A stretch of 64,000 bases of DNA from the human T2T-CHM13v2.0 reference genome, Homo sapiens. Of this stretch, positions 17,645 through 32,400 are shown piece after piece (positions within the stretch are counted from its first letter, which is position 1; each line of letters begins with the position of its first letter). A model generated the notes under the pieces. It was not told the DNA's origin, searched no databases, and saw nothing but the letters and a program-made list of their open reading frames with translations. The position numbers were made by a program, and so were the translations under genes. The stretch lies in NCBI RefSeq assembly GCF_009914755.1, contig NC_060926.1; one strand, given 5' to 3'.

Positions 17645-18310
17645 GTACCGGAAAGGCAAATCGCTGGGCAATGGTTTCTCTCCTGGGATACAGAATGGTC
17701 CTTTGGACAAATGGATGCTTCTTATGGAGCTCTTTGCTGACTAGTAGAATAATACAGCAGAATGGCTGAGAACACAGGTTCTGGGTCAGACAGACCTGGG
17801 CTCAAATCCTGGCTCCTCCATTTGCTGGCTTGAGGGTAGGTGCTGTTGTTAAGAGTCATGAGTGCGCCTCTTGTCCACCCGAGGCTGTGGCCAGAGCATC
17901 TGACTTTGGCTAACACCTGGACGGAGAGATCAGCAAACAGCTCCAGCATGTAATGTTCTTTTCAGACTCCTCCAGCCATGAGGGGCATTGGTTCAGGTTG
18001 TTCCTCCACAATCACATTCTGATTATGGCCAGACAGCCCCTGCCACACTCTCACCTCTCAGACAGCCTCTCCAGTGTCTTACTTAGCACAACTTTCACTC
18101 ATCTGCAAAGAGCCAGGTTCTTGGAGTGCCTCAAATTGTCATTTCCATGGCCAAATTTAAAATGAGAGAATGTCTGAGCTGAAAGGGGGCTTGGGGAACA
18201 GAGGTCATTCTCATCATGTTCCACCTTTCTTTCTCCCTACCAGTTTGGAAGCATTTTCAGAGGAAGGTGTTCAAACTCCCTACTCCTCAGTGTGTCTAGA
18301 GTATCCTCCT

Positions 18311-18322
18311 GCACGCGCGCGT

Positions 18323-18358
<36 letters not shown>
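18311..18358. repeat. (CG)n(CA)n microsatellite
   Basis: GCACGCGCGCGTGCACACACA... Confidence 0.9.
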
Positions 18359-18360
<2 letters not shown>

Positions 18361-18758
18361 CCCTCCATTTGACAGATGAGGAGACTCAAATCCAAAGAAA
18401 TTGAGGGATTCTCGTAAGGACACATATTTAATGCAGAGCTAGAACTAGAACTTTGGTTTCATCATTCTCGGATCAAGACATTTCTCCCTGGGACACCCTT
18501 ACATAGTGCTGGAGAGAGCATTTTATATCTTTTAATTAATCATTTCCAGAGGTAGAGATTACTCAATTTTTTAAACATTCTGCTCCAAACTTTTACACCC
18601 GTCTGGTAGATAAGTTCTGTTTACCGTATAACCAAAGATCAAATGAAATCTTATGTATAAATGCACTTTGTAACTGAAACAGCATCACAGTCATGAAGTC
18701 CCTCTCACTCTGTCCCTGTCCCTGCAATCCTGACCTAAATAAGAAAAAAGTAGATCCC

Positions 18759-19396
<638 letters not shown>

Positions 19397-19479
19397 ATCT
19401 CCTGGTTGTTAATAGATTCAGTGTTGTTTGGCTTCAGGTTTACTTGCCTGTGTAAAAAAAACAAAAACAAAAAACAAAA

Positions 19480-19920
19480 CAACAACAAACAACTTTAGAC
19501 AAATAAATAGTAGAGTTGTCTGAGCAAATAGTGATTAATGAATCTGGCAGCACTCAAAAACAGGACCAGTTCAGAGGCTCCCCCAAGCAATTTGGTCAGG
19601 CAGTATTTATAGACAGAAAAAGGAAGTGCCCTACAGAAATAGCTGATTGGTTACAGTTGGGTGTTCACCTTATTTATTTGAGGGTGATGTGATCAGGTGT
19701 TGGGTATGGACAGGAGCTCATCAGTCGGTAGCCTGTGATTGGCTGATGCTTGGCTGCCATGATTGGCTGAGACTCAGCAACTTGTCTCAGCCAGTCTCTG
19801 TCTTAAGAGAATATACTGCTAAGATAAGTTGCAGTTTGTTTACATACTAAGTTTGCTTGCAGTTTGCTCTGTGGGAACTCAAAGTATGCAGGCAGCCTCA
19901 GGCCAAATTTAGTTTAACTG
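19480..19920 (-). mobile_element. ERV1-class LTR fragment (family uncertain)
   Basis: ACTTTAGACAAAT...ATTTATAGACAGAAAA...GCTGATTGGTTACAG with repeated GATTGG (CCAAT) boxes. Confidence 0.5.
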
Positions 19921-19963
19921 AGCAGCTGAAATTATTAAAATGATTTATTAGAAAGGTTCATCA

Positions 19964-20462
<499 letters not shown>

Positions 20463-20538
20463 TTATTGATTTGGAGATTCCAGCCATTGAATAAGGGTCT
20501 TGAATGCCAGTGGGTGTTTTGTCTTAGTTCATGGAAGG

Positions 20539-20909
20539 TGTATTAGTCCGTTTTCACACTGCTCTAAAGAACTACCTGAGACTGGGTAACTTATAAAGAA
20601 AAGAGGTTTAATTGACTCAGAGTTCCTCATGGCTGGGGAGGCCTCAGGAAACTTACAATCATGGTGGAAGGCAAAGGGGAAGCAAGGTACATCTTACATG
20701 GTGGCAGGAGAGAAGAATGAGGGGAGGAACTGCCAAAAACTTTTAAACCATAAGAGTGTAAACTTTTTAAACTCACTCACTATCATGAGAACAGCATAGA
20801 GGAAATCTACCTTTATGATCCAATCACCTCCCACCAGATCCCTCCCTCGACACGTGGGGATTACAATTTCGGATGAGATTCGGGTGGGGACACAGAGCCA
20901 AACCATATC
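20539..20909 (-). mobile_element. MaLR LTR (MSTA/THE1-like)
   Basis: TGTATTAGTCCGTTTTCACACTGCT...GGGGACACAGAGCCAAACCATATCA. Confidence 0.9.
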
Positions 20910-21250
20910 AGAGAGTCTCCCCAGATGCCACAGGCATCCTCCATTGGAAGGCTCCCCACCGCTCTCACAAAGTTTTGCTCAGAAAACGTGGCCTTCCTGC
21001 TTTCTGAGTGGGAATCCGTGGTCCCTGTGAATGTTGGTGAAGTCCTCTGTGTCCCTGGAGCCTGGCTCTGAAGCTTCTCTCCCAGGTTTCTCTCCTGGCT
21101 ATTTTGTTCCACTCATGTTCTCAGGGATCTTAAATGAGGTACACCCAGAGGTGGTGCACAGGCCCCTTCTACCCTGAGAGCCTCTGCACAGTAACCAGAA
21201 AGATCATGTGAAGAAGCTTCTTGGTTTTTGGAGATCAAAACTCCATCTGG

Positions 21251-21560
21251 GGCCGGGCACGGTGGCTCACGTCTGTCATCCCAGCACTTTGGGAGGCCGA
21301 GGCAGGCGGATCACCTGAGGTCAGGGGTTCGAGACCAGCCTGGCCAACATGGTGAAACCCCGTCGCTGCTAAAAATACAAAAATTAGCTGGGTGTGGTGG
21401 CGGGTGTGGTGGCAGGCACGGTGGCAGGTGCCTGTAATCCCAGCTACTCAGGAGGCTGAGGCAGGGGAATCTCTTGAACCTGGATGGTAGAGGCTGCAGT
21501 GCTCCAGCCTGGGCCACAGAGGGAGACCCCATCTCCAAAACAAACAAGCAAACAAGCAGA
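21251..21560 (+). mobile_element. Alu with internal micro-duplications and right-arm deletion
   Basis: Alu consensus with a repeated GGGTGTGGTGGC segment. Confidence 0.88.
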
Positions 21561-21785
21561 AAACACTCCATCTGCGGGAGTGGAAAGAGCTCATTCCTAG
21601 CTCCACGGTAGGAAGATGTTCTGAGCCTGAGCCCAATCCGCATTCACAGCTTGAACAGCTGTCACAGACAGAGGCTCACCGAAAGTTTTTGGAAACTGGA
21701 TCCAATCTGATGCTTACTTTCTCAAATCAATAATAATTAGTACATCATTCAGAAGAGGGTGCTGTTAACTTGAGTGCAATGAATC

Positions 21786-22270
21786 TTTTTTTAACTTTTA
21801 TTTTAGGTTTGGGGATGCACAAGTAGGTTTGTTATATAGGTAAACTAGTGTCACGGGGTTTTGTTGTACAGATTATTTAATCACCCAGGTAGTAAGCTTT
21901 GTACCCAAGTGTTTTTTCCTGCTCTCCCTCCTCCCATCCTCCACCCTCAGTTAGGTGAATCCTTTTTTAAAAAAGAGTATTAAAAATACCACTGATGCAC
22001 TTTGGGAGGCCCAGGCGGGTAGATCACCTGAGGTCAGGAGTTCAAGACCAGCCTCGCCAACATGGCGAAACCCTGTCTCTACTAAAAATACAAAAATTAG
22101 CCGGGCATGGTAGCGCCTGTAATCCCAGCTACTCAGGAGGCTGAGGCAGGGAGAATTGCTTGAACTCGGGAGGCAGAGATTGCAGTGAGCTGAGATCACA
22201 CCATTGCACTCCAGCCTGGGCAGCAGAGTGGGACTCTGTCTCAAAAAAAAAAAAAAAAAGAAAAAGTAAA
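21786..22270. mobile_element. Antisense L1 3'-end fragment (~21786-21950) and 5'-truncated sense Alu (~21997-22268)
   Basis: L1 3' UTR motif TTGTTGTACAGATTATTT..TCACCCAGGTA; the Alu is flanked by TACCACTGATG direct repeats. Confidence 0.8.
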
Positions 22271-22861
22271 AGTACCACTGATGAAAAGAAGAGAGATGGG
22301 TGTAGATACAGTCAGAACATATATGTACACTGTGCTGTAGTTTTAAATTGTTTCCACTTCTATTATTTCTCTATTTTTTTCTCCATTATTTCTCAAAATA
22401 GATTTGGTTTTGCATGTTTAAAAGACGCTCTATAAATGCTCCAAATTAGTCCTCACAAAGCCAGCTTCTGAGCCAACCGACATTGAATAATGAGACATTG
22501 CTGGCATGTTTGCCAGCCAAAAATAGTTATGTTAACACCAGCCTGCCTTGGGGAGAAAGGGCCTTGGTGGGTGGCAGGAGGGGACAAATGCTCCAGGCAC
22601 CAGCTGGCCCTGTGGCATCTAGGACTCTAGCTTTCTCCTGTCAGGCCACCACTGGCTGGCCTGGCCTGAACCCCCAGCGCCATCATGCCTTGCAGCCCCA
22701 CAGGGGTGCTCACGTTGGCTGCAGACAGAAGGCTTGGAGCTCCATGTCCTGGGCCCACCCCATCTAGGTCCAGGGACTATGCCACCTCTCTAGGGGCTGG
22801 TCACATCTGCACGGACAGAGTAGTCCGGGGTCCTGGAGAGTGTATGGGGAGCAGTGGCTGA

Positions 22862-23176
<315 letters not shown>

Positions 23177-23686
23177 TGACCCCCAGGTCCAAGAAGCTAC
23201 AGTGTCCATGCCCCGCTCCTCCCCTGCTGCCTTGCCTCAGGACCCAGCCGCAGGTCGAGTTTGAACAACTCAGCTTGCCTTCCGCCAGCCCTGGGCTGCA
23301 GCCCACCCTCCACCCTCCTTTCAAACCCCACAGCCCGCCAGAAGCTAGCTCAGCCCATTGGTTCCCTTCACTGCACTTGTCAAGATGTGGGATGAGTGTA
23401 TTTGTTTGTGTGTTTTCTGGGCCTCCATGTGGGTAGAGAGCCATGGTCCCCAATACACTGCCACGTTCCTAACACAGGGCACCATGCCCAGCACGTCGAG
23501 GCCCCTCGGGACCTGTGGAAAGAATCAGGGGAACCAATGTTGCAGCTTGGAACTCAAGTGCTGGAGCTGTCTCCCTTCACTTTCAAACCCAGCCGGAGGA
23601 GCGGGCGCCTTTATCCTTGGGGTCACAATGTGTCCAGCCCTGAAGGAGGCCCCTGAGGTGGCCTCAAAGCTCCTTCTGGCCCACAG

Positions 23687-24389
<703 letters not shown>

Positions 24390-25677
24390 TAGAAGCTTCT
24401 GACAAAGAGCTACCCTTCTGTGCATGATAGATTAGAAACTTGCAAACTCCAAAGATGGGAGGGCATGGAATTCAAGAGGGTGGGGATCAATAAATATCAG
24501 AGTCTTTATTCAGACTCAGTAGGGAAACAACCTTTAAGGTCAAGAAGTCACCAGATCTTAAAACATGCCCTGGTGTTCCCACAGTGGCAGGGAGCCTGAA
24601 GGTGCAGGGTGGCAGAGGGGGGCCCAGGGTGGTGGCCTTGGCCAGGGAATCTCTAGATGTGAAAATTGCTCTGGCAGCCCCAGGCTTGCCCTTTGCTTGG
24701 GTCCTGAACACTCAGCATATTACACTCAGGGAGCATGAGCCGCTTCCTTCATTCTGCAGGGGACAGTTGCCTTCCCAGGTACCTGGCCTGAAATCCTGAG
24801 TGCTGAGGAAGGGCATGGCTGCTGGACAGGCGTCATGGTTGTACCAGGTCCCAGGGAGACAGCTGTCATGGCTTATGCTATAGGTCGCCTGAGCCCCCAG
24901 CTTCCACCCAGGATGGCAAACTGTAGCAAGGACCCCACCAGTAAACAGGACAACAGCGATCATCTCCTTGAAGGCAAACATGGGGCCCAAACATGCCAGG
25001 CTCAAAGGGTCTCCTGTTTGACTCTCAAGCCCCGGCCAGGCCAAGGCCATCTCCATCTTTACAGATGAGAAGCCTGGAGCTTGCAGAGCTAAACACCTGT
25101 TCCAGCACAGTTGTAAGGCACAGAACTGGGACTGGTGCCCAGCCCTGGCTGTGACTCCTCGTCCAGCAGCCCACACCCTCCTCCTAGTGTCCCAAGTTCT
25201 CCACCATCCTTCCCCCAGGAGGACAGGCCGCCCCTTGCCCTCTGTACTCACATTCTGCATGAACTCACAGAAAGGTCACCTCCCTCCCTGTGCTCAGGTG
25301 GCAGCCTGGCTTCCTGACGGTGTGTCATCCTCAGGCCAGCCATCCCCAGAATAGGGGCCAAAAGGCACCTGCCGACCTGGCCATCGGGGAATAATTTAAA
25401 GTAACCCCAGAGAGGGGTTACCAGAAGTCAAGTGTCCACAGCAAACCTGAAAACTCTTTTTTACATTTTATATTGTTACTGGAAGGGGCTCTGGCCTGCA
25501 AGCCCTGGGGCAGGAACCTCTCACCAACCTGGGATGCAAGAGCTACACGGGGCCTGGGTTACCCAAAAATCTGATGTTTTGAGCTACAGTGCTGCACACT
25601 AGGGGGCCACATCATGGTTTATAAGACCCCACCTAGACATTATCTTGTCTTGAGATGTGTTATGAAAATGGGAGGAA

Positions 25678-25978
25678 GGGCCGGGTGCAGTGGCTCATGC
25701 CTGTAATCCCAGCACTTTCAGAGGCTGAGGCAGGCAGATCACATGAGGTCAGGAGTTTGAGACCAGCCTGGCCAACATGGTGAAACTCTGTCTCTAATAA
25801 AAATATATGAATTAGCTGGGTGCGTGACGCTTGCCTATAGTACCAGCTACTTGGGAGGCTGAGGCACGAGAATTGCTTGAACCTGAGAGGCGGAGGTTGC
25901 AGTGAGCTGAGATTGTGCCACTGCACCCCAGTCTGGGCGATAGAGTGAGACTCCATCTCAAAAAAAAAAAAAAAAAAA
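25678..25978 (+). mobile_element. Alu (S-type)
   Basis: Alu consensus with poly(A). Confidence 0.93.
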
Positions 25979-26425
25979 GGATATGGGAGGAGGGAAGGGG
26001 AAGAGAGAGGAGTGGGGAACCTCTAGCCAAGCCAAGGTTCTGGGGAAGGAATGAAGGGAGGGTGGGCAGGCATGCATGGTCCTAGACTGAGCTGGGTATA
26101 GGGAGATCCTGGCTGTGGCTGGGCTCAGTTTGCCTTTTCTGGCATTGCCAGGGCCTTGGAGGTAGAAGGCAGAGGCACTGCAAGAGGACAGCTGTGGTGT
26201 GGGGTTGCCTGGTGCTCCCTACAGGTTAGCATCCCTGGGATTTAGGAGGCAGGGGCTGATCAGATTGGGTCTACAGCCAAGTGTGCTGTCTCCCTCCTGG
26301 GGCAGAGCAGCCGACCAAGGGGTCAGTGAGAAATCTACCTGAAGTTGGCCGGTCCCTAGAACCCTCCAGCCAGACATTCTCCTGCTTTCGGCAGGGTGCC
26401 TGGGAGGCCAAGTTATTAATTTTCA

Positions 26426-29400
26426 GTGAGAATTCTCACCATCTGGATAGAACTCTCACAATCTGGATAGAATTCTCATTCTCTGGATAGAACTCTCAAT
26501 ATCTATCTGGATATAATTGTCGCCCTCTGAATAGAACTCTCACTATCTCAATACAATTCTCACCATCTAGATAGAACTCTCACTATCTGCATAGAATTCT
26601 CACTCTCTGTATATAACTCTCACTATCTATCGAGATAGAATACTCACTCTCTGGATAGAACTCTCACTATCTGGATAGAATTCTCACTCTCTGGATAGAT
26701 CTCTTACTGTCTATCTGGATAGAATTCTCACTCTGGGGACAGAACTCTCACTATCTATCTGGATGGAATTCTCTCCCTCTGCATAGGACTGTCACTCTCT
26801 GGATAGAATTCTCACCATCTGGATAGAACTCCCACTATCTGGAAAGAATTCTCAGTCTTTAGTTAGAACTCTCGCTATCTTTGTGGATACAGTTCTCACC
26901 CTCCAGAGAGAACTCTCACTATCTATCTAGATAGAATTATCACTCTCTGGATAGAAATCTCACTATCTGTCTGGATAGAATTCTCACCATCAGGATAGAA
27001 CTCTCACTGTCTGGATAAAATTCTCACCATCGGGATAGAACTCTCACTATCTAGATAGAATTCTCACTCTCTGGATAGAACTCTCACCATCTAAATATAA
27101 TTCTCACTCTCAGGATAGAACTCTCACTATCTATCTGGATGGGATTCTCCCTCTATGGATAGAACTCTCAGTGTATATCTGGATAGAATTCTCACTCACT
27201 GTATAGAACTCTCACTATCTGTCTGGATAGAATTCTCACCATGTGTATTGATCTCTCACTCTCGGGATAGAATTATAACTCTCTGGATAGAACTCTCACT
27301 ATCTATCTGGATAGAATTCTTACCATCTGGATAGAACTCTCACTATCTGAATAGAATTCTCACTCTCTGGATAGAACTCTCACTTTCTAGCTTGCTAGAA
27401 TTCTCACCCTCTGGATACAGTTCTAACTATCTGTATAGAATTCTCACACTCTGGGTAGAACTCCCACTATGTATCTGGATAGAGTTCTCACTTTCTGGAT
27501 AGAACTCTCACTATCTATCTGAATAGAATTCTCACCCTATGGGTAGAACTCTGACTATCTGTCTGGATAGAATTCTCTCCATCCTGACAGAACTCTCAAT
27601 ATCTGGATGGAATTCTCACTCTCTGGATAGAACTCTCACTCTCTTTGTGGATAGAACTCTCACTCCCTGTCTGGATAGAACTCTCACACCCTGTCTGGAT
27701 AGAACTCTCACTCCCTGTCTGGATAGAACTCTCACTCTCTAGATAGAACTGTTAATAACTGGATAGAATTTTCACCATCTGGATAGAACTCTCACTATCT
27801 GGATAGAACTCTCACCATGTGTATAAAACTCTCACTGTGTGGGAAGAGAACTCTCACTTTCTGGATAGAAATCTCACTTTCTATCTGGATAGAACTCTCC
27901 CCATGTAGATAGAACTCTCCCTATCTGGATACAATTTTCCCATCTGAATAGAACTCTCTATCCGGATAGAATTCTCACTCTCTGGGTAGAACTCTCTATC
28001 TATCTGGATATAATTCTCACTTTCTGGATAGAACTCTCACTATCTATCTGGATGGAATTCTCACCATCTGGAAGAAGTTTCACTATCTGGATAGAATTCT
28101 CACTCTAGATAAAACTCTCACTATCTATCTGGATAGAATTCTCACCCTCTGGATAGAACGCTCACTATCTATCTGGATAGAATTCTCACTCTCTGGATAA
28201 AACTCTCACTATCTGTCTGGTAGAATTCTCACCATCTGGATAGAATTCTCACTATCTGGATAGAATTCTTACTTTCTGGATAGAACTCTCAGTGTCTTTC
28301 TGGATAGAATTCTCACCCTCTGGATAGAACTCGCACTATCTACCTGGATAGAAGTCTCACTCTCTGGATATAACTCTCACTAACTGTCTGGATAGAATTC
28401 TCACTATCTGCATAGAATTCTATCTGTCTGGTTAGAATTTTCACTCTCTAGATAGAACTCTCACTATCTATCTGGATAGAATTCTCACTCTCTGGATAGA
28501 ACTCTCACTATCTATCTGGACAGAATTCTCACTCTCTGGATAAAACTCTTAACTATCTGTCTGGATAGAATTCTCACCATCTGGACAGAACTCTCACTAT
28601 CGGTCTGGATAAAATTCTCACCATCTGTGTAGAATTCTCACTATCTGCATAGAATTCTTACTCTCTGGATAGAACTCTCTCGTATTCCTCGATAGAACTC
28701 TGACCATCTGGATAGAACTCTCACTATCTATCTGGATAGAATTCTCATTCTCTGGATAGAACTCTCACTATCTGGATAGAATCCTCACTCTATATAGAAC
28801 TCTCACTATCTCTCTGGATAGAATTCTCACTCTGGAAAGAACCCTCACTATCTATATGGAAAGAATTCTCAACATCTGGATAGAATCCTCACTATCTGGA
28901 TAGAATTCTCACTCTCTCGATAGAACTCTTGCTATCTGTCTGGATAGAATTCTCACCACCTAGATAGAACTCTCAATAAATGGTAGAATTCTTACTCTCT
29001 GGACAAAACTCTCACTATCTTTCAGGATAGAACTCTTACTACCTGGAGAGAACTCTCACTATCTGGATAGAATTCTCAACATCTGAGGATAGATTTCCAA
29101 CTATCTATCTGGATATAATTCCCACTCTGTCGTTAGAACTCTCACTACCTGTCTAGATACAATTTTCACCATCCATGAACAACTCTCACAATCTGTATGG
29201 AATTCGCTATCTCTGGATAGAAGTCTTACTATCAATCTGGATATAATTCTCACTCTCTGGATAGAACTCTCACTATCTGGGTAGATTGCTCACCATCTGG
29301 ATAGAATTCTCACTATCTATCTATAGAATTCTCACTCTCTAGATAGAACTCTCAATATATATCTGGATAGAATTCTTACCATCTGGATAGAACTCTCACT

Positions 29401-32400
29401 ATCTGGAGAGAATTCTCACTCTCTGTGTGGAACTCTCACTATTTATCTGGATAGAATTCTCAACATCTAGATAGAACTCTCACTATTTGTCTGGATAGAG
29501 TTCTCACCATATGGACAGAACTCTCACTATCTGGTTAGAATTCTCACTCTCTGGATAGAACTCTCACTATCTGTCTGGATAGAAATCTCACCATCTGAAT
29601 TGAACTCTCACTAACTGGATAGAATTCTTATTCTCTGGATAAAACTCTCACTATCTTTCTTGATAGAACTCTTACTAACTGGGAGGAACTCTCACTATCT
29701 GGATAGAATTCTCAACATCTGGATAGAATTCTCACTATCTATCTGGATAGAATTCTCTGTCTCTGGATAGAACTCTCACTATATATCTGGACAGAACTCT
29801 CACAATCTGGATAGAATTGTCATTCTCTGAATAGTACTCTCACTATCTATCTCGATAGAATTCTCACCATCTGGATAGAACTCTATCTGTCTGGATAGAC
29901 TACTCACCATTTGGATAGAACTCTATTTTTCTGTATAGAACTCTCACTATCTATCTGGATGGAATTCCCACTCTCTGGATAGAACTTTCACTACCTGTCT
30001 GGATAGATTTCTCACACTCTGGTTAGAACTCTCACTATCTGGATAGAATTCTCACCGTCTGGGTAGAACTCTCACTATCTGGATAGAATTCTCACTCTGG
30101 ATAGAACTCTGACTATCTATTTCAATAGAATTCTCACCCTCTGGATAGAACTCTCACTATCTATCTGGATAGAATTCTCACACTCCGGATAGAACTCTCA
30201 ATATCTATCTAGATAGAACTCTCACTATCTGGATAGAATTCTCACCCTCTGGATACAACTCTCACTGTCTATCTGGATAGAATTCTTAGTCTCTGGATAG
30301 AAGTCTCACTCTCTGTCTGGCTATAATTCTCAAAATCTGGGTGGAACTCTCACTATCTATCTGGATAGAATTCTCACCATCTGGATAGAACTCTCACTAT
30401 CTGTCTGGATAGAACTGTCACTCTCAGAACTTTCTGGATAGAATTCTCACTGTCTGGATAGAATTCTCACCAAATGTCTGGATAGAATTCTCACTCTGTG
30501 GATAGAACTCTGACTGTCTATCTGGATAGAATTCTCTCCCTCTGGATACAACTCTCACTATCTGGATAGAATTCTCACACTCTGGATACAACTCTCACTC
30601 TCTGTCTGGATATAATTCTCACCCTCTGGATAGAATTCTCACTATCTGGATAGAATTCTCGCCATCTGCATGCACGGGATTCTAACTATCTGTCTAGATA
30701 GAATTTTCACCATCTGGATAGCGCTCTTACTATCTGGATAGAATTCTCACTCTGCATAGAACTCTCACTATCTATCTGGATAGAGCTCTTACTATCTGGA
30801 TAGAATTCTCACTCTGCATAGAACTCTCACTATCTATCTGGATAGAATTCTCACTCTCTGGATAGATCTCTCACTATTTGTCTGGAAAGAATTCTCACTC
30901 TGTGGATAGAACTGTCGCTATCAATCTGGATAGAATTCTCACCCTCTGGATAGAACTCTCACTATCTAGAAGGATTTCTCACCATCCAGATAGAACTCTC
31001 ACTATCTGGATAGAATTCTCACTATCTGGATAGAACTCTCACTATCTATCTTGATAGAATTCTCACCCTCTGGATAGCACTCTCACTATATATCTGGATA
31101 GAATTCTCGCTTGCTGGATAAAACTCTCACTATCCGTCTGGATAGAATTCTCACCATCTAGTTAGAACTTTCACTATCTGGATAGAATTCTCACTCTCTG
31201 GATAGAACTCTCACTATCTATCTGGATAGAATTCTCATTCTCTGGATAGATCTCTCATTATCTGTCTGGAGAGAATACTCATTCTCTGGATAGAACTCTC
31301 ACTATCAATGTGGATAGAATTCTCACCCTCTGGACAGAACTCTGAGTATCTGGATAGAATTATCATCCTCTGGATAGAACTCTCACTATCTATCTGGATA
31401 GAATTCTCACCCTCTGGACAGAACTCTGAGTATCTGGATAGAATTATCATCCTCTGGATAGAACTCTCACTATCTGTCTGGATAAAATTCTCACTCTCTG
31501 GATAGAACTCTCACTATCTGTCTGGATAGAATTCTCACCATCTGGATAAAACTCTCACTCTCTGGTAGAATTCTCATGATCTGGATAGAACTCTCACTAT
31601 CTGGATAGAATTCTTACACTCTGGATAGAACTCTCACTATCTTCCTGGACGGAACTCTCACCCTCTGGATAGAACTCTCACTATTTGGATAGAATTCTCA
31701 CTATCTGGATAAAAGTCTCACTCTCTGTTTGGTACAGTTCTCACGATCTGGATAGAACTCTCACTATCTGGATAGAATTCTTACACTCTGGATAGAACTC
31801 TCACTATCTTTCTGGATGGAACTCTCACCCTCTAGATAGAACTCTCACTATCTATCTGGTTAGAATTCTCACTCTCTCGATTGAAGTCTCACTATCTGGA
31901 TAGAATTCTCACCATCTGCAGAGAACTCTCACTGTCTATCTCGATAAAACTCTCACTACCTATCTGGATAGAACTCTCGCTATCTGGATAGAATTGTCAC
32001 CATCTGGGTAGAACTCTGACAATCTCTCTGGATAGAATTCTCACCCTCTGGATGGAACTCTCACTATCTGGATAGAATTCTTACTCTCTGGATAGAACTC
32101 TCACTATCTGCTGTATAGAATTCTCACCCTCTGGATAGAACTGTCACTATCTGTCTGTATAGAATTCTCACCCTCTGGATAGAACTCTAACAATCTGGAT
32201 AGAATTCTCACTCTCTGCATAGAACTCTCACTGTCTATCTGGATAGAATTCTCACTCTCTGGATAGAACTCTCACTATATATCTGGATATAATTCTCACT
32301 CTCTGGATAGAACTCTCACTATCCGGATAGAATTCTCACCATCTGGTTAGAATTATCACTATCTATCGGGATAGAATTCTCACTCTCTGGATAGAACCCT

